In this document: positions 1-6,320 of the stretch, in pieces | How the letters are laid out: each line of letters begins with the position of its first letter | How positions within the stretch are numbered: the first letter of the stretch is position 1 | NCBI GenBank assembly: GCA_003345595.1 | Contig: PRDI01000041.1 | Span: 1-29,439, forward strand | Length of the DNA stretch: 29,439 nt | From: Candidatus Thorarchaeota archaeon | GTDB taxonomy: Archaea > Asgardarchaeota > Thorarchaeia > Thorarchaeales > Thorarchaeaceae | Direction: 5' to 3' | Notes under the pieces: model-generated | The model's input: only the letters and a program-made list of their open reading frames with translations | Database searches by the model: none | Told to the model about the DNA's origin: nothing | Position numbers and translations under genes: made by a program

Positions 1-206
1 TGGAAGAAGTCACCACTGAAGCGCAAGCGAGTGGAGCCGTAGAGGCGGAGTTGTTGGAGGCAATCGCAATTGGGAAGATGGTCCGAAACCATTCACTGGC
101 CAAAATGGACAGATTCGCTCCAACTCTGTTTGAAGATCCAGAATCTCTTGCACGTGCGGACAAAGATCTGGCCGCCTTTGTGGAGGATTACGATCACAGC
201 AAGTGA
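1..206 (+). CDS. Partial (5'-truncated by window edge) carboxymuconolactone decarboxylase/AhpD-like protein, paralogue of the next gene
   Basis: Not in the ORF track. Frame 3 is open from 3 to TGA at 204-206 and reads EEVTTEAQASGAVEAELLEAIAIGKMVRNHSLAKMDRFAPTLF... This aligns with ESAVTVARDNGLEETEILEAIGVAKMVRRGAIGNMDEFASAL of the downstream protein. Confidence 0.8.
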   Translation, partial: EEVTTEAQASGAVEAELLEAIAIGKMVRNHSLAKMDRFAPTLFEDPESLARADKDLAAFVEDYDHSK

Positions 207-233
207 CGGATGCGGAACAACGAGGTGTTAGCG

Positions 234-485
234 ATGAACTACAAAACAAAGATGCTGATAGCAGTTGGAGCCGCCGTTACAGCGAACTGCCAGCCTTGTC
301 TGGAGTCCGCGGTGACTGTGGCGCGAGACAATGGGCTTGAGGAAACGGAGATCCTGGAGGCAATCGGAGTAGCGAAGATGGTCAGAAGAGGAGCGATCGG
401 CAACATGGACGAGTTTGCTTCCGCTCTGACCGGTACCGCAGGCGGGGATGCTGAAACTCCTGGTCACGGATGCGGCTGTCACTGA
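234..485 (+). CDS. Carboxymuconolactone decarboxylase (CMD)/AhpD-like protein with CxxC
   Basis: LIAVGAAVTANCQPCL...A...G....EILEAI pattern typical of CMD/AhpD. ATG at 234 is preceded by GAGGTG. The C-terminal tail is HGCGCH. Confidence 0.85.
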   Translation: MNYKTKMLIAVGAAVTANCQPCLESAVTVARDNGLEETEILEAIGVAKMVRRGAIGNMDEFASALTGTAGGDAETPGHGCGCH

Positions 486-696
486 ACCCATAAGCCTGTT
501 TGAGCATGGTTGACCGAAATACTGGAGTCGGGCGGTCATAGAGCGGCGGCACACAGGATGTCGGCCGCCTAGCACCCATAAGAACCGCATCTAATGAGGC
601 AGCACTGTCCCTTTTGCGAAGCCTTATCGGGCCCGATGGCTAGCGAGTTACCATCGGGCTAAAGGCTCCCTTGTGGTGGCCTTGGCGGTGCAGAAG

Positions 697-1644
697 ATGA
701 GCAAGAGCATCTCTGTGAAGTTCGATGGCGTGTCAAAAAGATACGGAGATGTGGTTGCTCTTGACCAAGTGTCGTTTGAGATAGGGGCAGGTGAGGTCTT
801 CGGTTACATAGGTCCGAATGGTGCAGGCAAGACGACAACCATGAAGATCCTTGTCGGGCTCATTCCTAGTTTTGGAGGCTCAGTCTTCGTTAATGGTCAT
901 GATGTGAGGGCGAAGGAAAGCGGCTTGCACAGAGTGTTGGGATACCTCCCTCAGGAGGCGGGCTTTCAGGAGTGGCGCACCGTTGACAGTGTTCTAAGAA
1001 CCCTTGGCAGACTGTCGGGACTTTCTCAACAGGAACTGAACGAGAGGATTCCGCAGGTTCTAGATTTGACCAGGCTGAGTGATGTCCGGTACAAGCGGGT
1101 GGTCCATCTATCAGGTGGCACGATTCAGAAAGTGAGACTTGCTCAAGCGATACTGCATGACCCCGGTCTTATCGTGCTTGACGAACCGATGTCGGAACTC
1201 GACCCGGAAACCCGTCACCAAGTCAGGGTGATGATTAGGGACATGGCCAACAAGGGAACAACCGTGTTTCTTTCTTCTCACATCCTGAGTGATGTTCAGG
1301 ACATAGCGGACCGCATTGGAGTCCTAAACCATGGCCACATGCTCAAAGTGGGCACACCAGACGAACTGCAGAGCCATTTTCAGGTCGGCAACGTGGTTGA
1401 GGTGATACTAAACAGAGGTTCCCACCCTCTGCCAAGCTTTGAATCGGTTGACGGCATCGAGAGAGTCGAGGAGATGGCTTCAAACAGGACTCTGATTCAC
1501 ATGACTCATCAATCGAACGTGGATGCGACCATGGGCCTGATTCTTCGCATGCTCGTTCAGTCGGGCTGTCAGGTCAGGAACCTCAATCTCATTAGACCCA
1601 GTCTTGAGGAAGTCTATCTGAGATTCGTGGGAGGCGAGCCTTAG
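697..1644 (+). CDS. ABC-2 type exporter ATP-binding subunit
   Basis: Walker A GPNGAGKTT, signature LSGG, Walker B IVLDEP, H-loop SSH and C-terminal SLEEVYL. Start taken at ATG 697; the ORF is open from 673. Confidence 0.95.
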   Translation: MSKSISVKFDGVSKRYGDVVALDQVSFEIGAGEVFGYIGPNGAGKTTTMKILVGLIPSFGGSVFVNGHDVRAKESGLHRVLGYLPQEAGFQEWRTVDSVLRTLGRLSGLSQQELNERIPQVLDLTRLSDVRYKRVVHLSGGTIQKVRLAQAILHDPGLIVLDEPMSELDPETRHQVRVMIRDMANKGTTVFLSSHILSDVQDIADRIGVLNHGHMLKVGTPDELQSHFQVGNVVEVILNRGSHPLPSFESVDGIERVEEMASNRTLIHMTHQSNVDATMGLILRMLVQSGCQVRNLNLIRPSLEEVYLRFVGGEP

Positions 1645-2315
1645 TGACCGTAGGTTTGTTGTACGCTGACGAGATGAGAGGGTTCTACAAGTCCTACGTG
1701 ATGCTTGCGCTGTGGGTCGGACTGCCAGCCTTGACCATTGCGATACATTTCCTCCAACCTCTCATAGAACCCGCGATGCGAGACTGGTCTCTGTCCTACG
1801 TAGTGAGTATTACAATCGCCGGAATAGGTGGACCATTGGCCTCAGTTAGTCTCAGTGCGTCAATTGTCAGTGAGAGGAATCAGAAGGTCTACGAACTGTT
1901 TCTGATAAGGCCCGTCAGGCGTAGTAGTCTGATTCTTGCCAAATTCGCGGCAACTTACACATGTCTTGTTGTAGCGACCGTCATCTCACTCGCCTCAGGC
2001 ATGGTCATCGATTCTTGGCTTGGCGCCCCTTTCGAATCGCTATGGAATGAGATTGTAACGTCTGTGGTCGTCACATTGTCTGCCATGGCGATGGCGTGCG
2101 CCGGTGCTGTCCTGATTGGCATGTTTGTTTCATCTGTTGCTCTCGCGTCTATAGTGTCCATTTTCGGCGGCGAAATCCTCATTCTGGTTCCAATGCTTCC
2201 AAACTATTTCGACCCGTCTGCTGATCCGGTGCCCCTAGCAATCGTATCAGGTCTGGTCATAACATCTCTTTTTCTGGTCTTGACGATCTATCTGTTCAAC
2301 CATAGGCAAATCTAG
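1644..2315 (+). CDS. ABC-2 type transporter permease
   Basis: About 6 TM segments and the SIVSER...YELFLIRPVRRSSLILAKF motif of ABC-2 permeases. The GTG start overlaps the ATPase stop (TAGTG). Confidence 0.9.
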   Translation: MTVGLLYADEMRGFYKSYVMLALWVGLPALTIAIHFLQPLIEPAMRDWSLSYVVSITIAGIGGPLASVSLSASIVSERNQKVYELFLIRPVRRSSLILAKFAATYTCLVVATVISLASGMVIDSWLGAPFESLWNEIVTSVVVTLSAMAMACAGAVLIGMFVSSVALASIVSIFGGEILILVPMLPNYFDPSADPVPLAIVSGLVITSLFLVLTIYLFNHRQI

Positions 2316-2351
2316 AGGCAACACAAGACACAAGAGCAGACGTCTAGACGC

Positions 2352-2396
2352 TCCTCATTCCTCAGGTGAGATGGGACTCGATGAGGAGAATGAGGA
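2352..2396 (+). other. Imperfect inverted repeat / stem-loop downstream of the ABC operon, overlapping the start region of the next ORF
   Basis: TCCTCATTCCTCA (2352-2364) pairs with TGAGGA[GA]ATGAGGA (2382-2396) with a 2-nt bulge. Confidence 0.5.
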
Positions 2397-2641
2397 AGTA
2401 CGGCTGGGTTCGGATCCTTGACCTGAGTACAGGCGTGGTTCATCATGCCTACCCCGACGACAACCACAAGGACCACTATGTGACAGAGTGTGGTCTTTTA
2501 GTAACCACCACAGATTCGAGTCTGTGCACGAAGCTGTCAGGCCACTTCAAGGAAATCGATGCGTCCATTCAGCCGTCGTATGAGGAGTGCATAGCCCGGA
2601 CCAGTGTCAGGCCTCTTTGCGATGAGCGGCCGCCTCTATGA
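2366..2641 (+). CDS. Small hypothetical protein, possible degenerate His/Cys zinc finger
   Basis: Fills the gap between two clear genes. VHH...TECG...PSYEEC pattern. Start is uncertain (GTG 2366, ATG 2381 or ATG 2390). Confidence 0.5.
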   Translation: MRWDSMRRMRKYGWVRILDLSTGVVHHAYPDDNHKDHYVTECGLLVTTTDSSLCTKLSGHFKEIDASIQPSYEECIARTSVRPLCDERPPL

Positions 2642-2684
2642 CGAGATGTGATTGTGCCACTCAATGTATCCAGAATGACGCATC

Positions 2685-3755
2685 TCATGCCGCGCCGCGG
2701 TCACCGATTCTGAACCTGAGAAGAGTCCGGTGATAGTAGGTTTCATCGGGTCTTAGAATGACTGTTTCAGAGAAGTGAGGGTCATTGATTGCATTCGGGG
2801 GTCTCTGGTCTTCCAGGCACACGGCCGAGTGTTTCCGACAAGCCTTTCCAAACGATTTCAGTGAACCCATGGAGTTGCCCGTATATACCACAAGACAAGG
2901 TTCAGTCGTGTATATCTCCATTCTTCTTCCGGTGTCTGGCGAAGATAGCTCGCCGGCGTAGAACATACCCTCTGGCTTTGTCTTCCTGCCAAACCCGTCC
3001 AAAAGGAAGATGTCATCGACATCGCCGTATTCAGAGAAGATCCGCGAGAAAGATTTCTGAACGCGTAGGTCGAGAGGAGTGCCGACAACAGGCTTGATCT
3101 CTCCAGTGGGAATCCTGTTCTGGTCAGCAGGCATGTAGCGGGAAGACTCGAGCCTGATTTGCATGCCATCAACAAGACTGTCGAGTCCGTCGAGATTCCA
3201 GTAGCTATGGTTAGTCAGATTCACGATTGTAGGCTTGTCGGTCTTTGCGATGAACTCCCAACCGAGTTCCATAGGAGTTGCTCTGTATGTAAGAAGTACA
3301 CTCAGCCTGCCAGGATAACCTTCCTCACCATCATGGCTTGCGTGCTCGAAAACCAAGGCTGCACTGTCTTCCTGACGAAGTGCTTTCTTCAGCTTCAAGG
3401 TCCAGATCTTCCTGTCAAACCCCTCGTTTCCGCCGTGTAGCGAATGGCCGCCAGAGGTGTTGGCTGACAGGTGATGCTCGGTGCCATCCAGTATGAATTT
3501 GGCGTCTGCAATGCGGCCTGCTACTCGGCCAATTGTAGCCCCAAGATGGCCGCCTTGTCTGAGGAGCTCCTCTGCGGAATCCTGTCCAAAAGCTACGTCA
3601 GACGCGTTTCCTTTCCGATCAGGCATGGTGACCCTGACTATGGATGCGCCTAGGTCAGATATGGACACCCGAAACCCTGATTCTTTATCTTTCATGGTGT
3701 AGAGTCTTGATGGTTGTGGTCCAATGTGACCCCAATCGGACGCGAGAATCTCCAT
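2685..3755 (-). CDS. galM: Aldose 1-epimerase (galactose mutarotase)
   Basis: GATIGRVAGRI, HSLHGG, EEGYPG, NLTNHSYWNL and CLE motifs of the GalM family. Confidence 0.95.
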   Translation of the reverse strand: MEILASDWGHIGPQPSRLYTMKDKESGFRVSISDLGASIVRVTMPDRKGNASDVAFGQDSAEELLRQGGHLGATIGRVAGRIADAKFILDGTEHHLSANTSGGHSLHGGNEGFDRKIWTLKLKKALRQEDSAALVFEHASHDGEEGYPGRLSVLLTYRATPMELGWEFIAKTDKPTIVNLTNHSYWNLDGLDSLVDGMQIRLESSRYMPADQNRIPTGEIKPVVGTPLDLRVQKSFSRIFSEYGDVDDIFLLDGFGRKTKPEGMFYAGELSSPDTGRRMEIYTTEPCLVVYTGNSMGSLKSFGKACRKHSAVCLEDQRPPNAINDPHFSETVILRPDETYYHRTLLRFRIGDRGAA

Positions 3756-4008
3756 GGCTGGCCAAGTTGTACAAGAACACTTAAAGAAGACTGGATTTCG
3801 TCGGGATTGCGAATGCTGGCCGCCGAGTGTAGGCGAACACTCCCAATGTCCAATAGGCGGGTCACTAGGATGTATTCTACAAGATGCCCAAGGCAGGGAA
3901 CGGCGTTTTGTTTGGGAGTCATTGATTCCAACAAGAGATAAATGTCCTCATGCCAAGCTTACGGCCATTAGGGTTCTCTGAGAAACAGATCTAGGTGGTG
4001 CTCGGGAA

Positions 4009-4698
4009 ATGCTGGGACCTATACACTACTTCTACCTCGCGGCATTTGCAGTGACGGCGGTCTGCACTCTGCTTCTAGTTCGAAGGTATCTGGAACAAAG
4101 AAACACGTTGTCCTTGGCGTTCACCTTTGTCATAGGTGCGTCAACCGTGTTTTGTCTGTTGATGTTTGGCAGAGGATTCTTCGATGCTGGCTCCGATGGC
4201 AGCATTCTGATGTACCGTGCAGCCATGGTAGCCACCACTGTGATCCCTGCATTGCTGTCCATCTTCCTCTTCTATCCCCTGATTCTCGAGCGCAAACAGA
4301 CGGGCAAGGATATGCTCGTGAGGGTAGTATTGTTGTTCATCTGGGTGTTCGCTATAGTTGGCATGCTCCTGATTTCGGTGTTGCCTTCGACACATCTGTA
4401 CGCGATGTATGAATTCGATGTTTACTCCGTTTCGTACGGGCCGATCAGCTATACGATGGTACTCGCAATCCCCGTGCTAACCGTGCTGATAGACGCCTTG
4501 GTGATCATGATGATGGTGATCAGGGAGAACGAGAAGTTCTACAAGATGAGAGCGCTGCTCCTAATGCTTGGTTGGCTTCTAGTGCTGGCGGGCGAGCTTG
4601 TGCTTCTAGTACCAATCCTATTGATTCTGAACCCGCTACTGTTTGTCACAGGTACCGTAATAATGGCGCTGGCAATTCTTCGGAAAGCCCCGACATAG
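4009..4698 (+). CDS. Stand-alone seven-transmembrane membrane protein (HisKA_7TM/receptor-like)
   Basis: Seven hydrophobic segments (approx. aa 5-24, 33-53, 66-92, 103-125, 146-171, 182-201, 203-224). Basic loops after TM1, TM3 and TM5 and at the C-terminus imply N-out/C-in. GGTGGTG lies upstream of the ATG. The gene call is secure; the family call is inference. Confidence 0.75.
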   Translation: MLGPIHYFYLAAFAVTAVCTLLLVRRYLEQRNTLSLAFTFVIGASTVFCLLMFGRGFFDAGSDGSILMYRAAMVATTVIPALLSIFLFYPLILERKQTGKDMLVRVVLLFIWVFAIVGMLLISVLPSTHLYAMYEFDVYSVSYGPISYTMVLAIPVLTVLIDALVIMMMVIRENEKFYKMRALLLMLGWLLVLAGELVLLVPILLILNPLLFVTGTVIMALAILRKAPT

Positions 4699-4825
4699 GC
4701 AATCGCGAGAAGATATCCCCGCAAGACAAATAGAGCCCAATGTGGGTGCAACTCAGTCACAAGAGCCCCTTGATGCCCCCAGATTTGCAGCGTCGGACCC
4801 ACCAATCTGGTGACGGGTGAAGCTA

Positions 4826-5335
4826 ATGCCAACTGTCAGGTCAAAGACGAAGAAGATTGTCATGGTCGGCGCAGGCGGCGCCGGTAAGAGCACAATAGCG
4901 TCTCGCCTCGTTACCGGCACGTTTGTAAATCGCACCATGACGATTGGCTTGGACATAGAATCATGGGCACTCGTGGATGAGGAAGGACAGGTTTCAGCAA
5001 GAGCCGCTATCTTCGATCTGGGTGGACAGGAGCACTTTCGATTCTTTCAGGAGAGATTCGTTTCTGGTGCAAGCATTGTGCTCATAGTCTTCGACATCAC
5101 TCGTTTCAAGACAATCATCGATATTGACGAATGGGTTCCAATTATTGAAGGCTTGCCGCGTCAGAAGTGGCTTCTGGTTGGTAATAAAACTGATGAAGGT
5201 CAGGTCATACCCACGGAGGAGATTGAGAGTAAGGCCAAAGAACTGGGAATTCCGTTCGTTCTCGTTTCGGCAAAGACCGGAGAGAACTTCGATAAGCTGG
5301 CCGACATGGTGCAGCACCTGTTGCGATCTGCCTAG
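4826..5335 (+). CDS. Ras-superfamily small GTPase, Rab-like
   Basis: G1 GAGGAGKS, G2 T(IG), G3 DLGGQ, G4 NKTD, G5 SAK. RabF-like segments IGLD, HFRF, FVSGA and IVFDIT. No C-terminal Cys motif. GGTGA precedes ATG 4826 (alternative GTG 4817). Confidence 0.95.
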   Translation: MPTVRSKTKKIVMVGAGGAGKSTIASRLVTGTFVNRTMTIGLDIESWALVDEEGQVSARAAIFDLGGQEHFRFFQERFVSGASIVLIVFDITRFKTIIDIDEWVPIIEGLPRQKWLLVGNKTDEGQVIPTEEIESKAKELGIPFVLVSAKTGENFDKLADMVQHLLRSA

Positions 5336-5399
5336 AGCAGTCGAATGCGAGACCAGCCTGAATAATAGGTTGTCTTCGCTGTCCTCGGCCACTAGCAGG

Positions 5400-5408
5400 C
5401 TTTAATAG
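5400..5408 (+). promoter_or_regulatory. Putative archaeal TATA box
   Basis: CTTTAATAG about 45 nt upstream of ATG 5451. Confidence 0.4.
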
Positions 5409-5450
5409 CGGTGATGAGCAGAATCAGGTAATGTCGGTTGTGCATGAGGG

Positions 5451-6302
5451 ATGGCGATGCAGTCCAGCGAAACGAAGCAGGTATTCGTCTTCTGCGACAA
5501 GTGCAAGCAGAATGTTGCCCTAGATGTGCGACCTGATGAGATACAGGGTAACACCACAGGCATCGCGGGTGTCCTGTCTGTTCACGGGTCTCCCCAGCAC
5601 GCGATTCTGGTCTACCTCGATAAGCAACTAAGGGTCAGGGGCTGCGAGTATCCTTCTGCTGTGCAGGTGAGGGAAGCACCGACGGTGTCAGCCAAGCCTG
5701 AGTCTGTCGTCGGCGAGCTGGGCAAGGATGGTGCTCTGACTCTTGACTCTCTCGTTGATTCCTTTGGGAAAGGACGCAAGAACGGGACCGACGCTCTAGG
5801 CGATGTTGTGGCCCAGATCATGATTAAGAACCCTGTGTATTTGGTCCATGACAATCCCACTACAGGAGGGCTCGTTCTCAACAACCTAAAACAGCTATTC
5901 GCTGAACAGGAAACTTCAATCAGCCTAATCAAACATGAGCGGATAAAGAGTGTCGTCGGGCTGAAGCCGCTCGTTTTCGACCTTCAGCTGGTGAAGTTCC
6001 TCACTGAAGGAGTAAAGATGGACAGCCGATTCTTCCGCCTGCTGATCAGAGACTGCTTAGATGAGGCCAACAGCTATTATAGGCTGAGAAACGAAGTCTC
6101 CAAGATTCTTTTCGCCTACGGTGTACTGAGGCAACGCCTTTCCACCAGCGGCGTGAAGATACTCGACACTCAGCTCGCGAGAGAGTCTTCCATAGATTTC
6201 TCGTTGATGCCTGTACTGCTGAATATGGCAGAGACTGAAGGTATCGACGTGAAATCGAAGGTGGAGCTAGATGGCCTTGGCAGGGCAATAAGGAGTTTCT
6301 AG
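5451..6302 (+). CDS. Hypothetical protein: N-terminal CxxC/H/H metal-binding domain plus putative DENN/folliculin-like C-terminal region
   Basis: CDKC...HGSPQHAILVYLDKQLRVRG N-domain, then a linker, then LDSLVDSFG..DVVAQIMIKNPVYLVHDN...LVLNNLKQLF...LVFDL resembling the cDENN core. The gene is secure; the domain call is by eye. Confidence 0.65.
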   Translation: MAMQSSETKQVFVFCDKCKQNVALDVRPDEIQGNTTGIAGVLSVHGSPQHAILVYLDKQLRVRGCEYPSAVQVREAPTVSAKPESVVGELGKDGALTLDSLVDSFGKGRKNGTDALGDVVAQIMIKNPVYLVHDNPTTGGLVLNNLKQLFAEQETSISLIKHERIKSVVGLKPLVFDLQLVKFLTEGVKMDSRFFRLLIRDCLDEANSYYRLRNEVSKILFAYGVLRQRLSTSGVKILDTQLARESSIDFSLMPVLLNMAETEGIDVKSKVELDGLGRAIRSF

Positions 6303-6320
6303 GTGGTAAGGGACTCTTGA

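Noticed and set aside
3754-3981. Short ORFs between galM and the 7TM gene
   Set aside because: Several mutually overlapping frames with no motif or clear RBS. More likely a divergent promoter region.
4627-4644. LNPLLF in the 7TM protein resembles the class A GPCR NPxxY motif
   Set aside because: It lies near the start of TM7 rather than at its cytoplasmic end, and there is no DRY-like motif at the end of TM3. Probably coincidence, so it was not used as evidence.
4009-4698. Microbial rhodopsin or heliorhodopsin
   Set aside because: No retinal-binding Lys within TM7 and no rhodopsin helix C motif.
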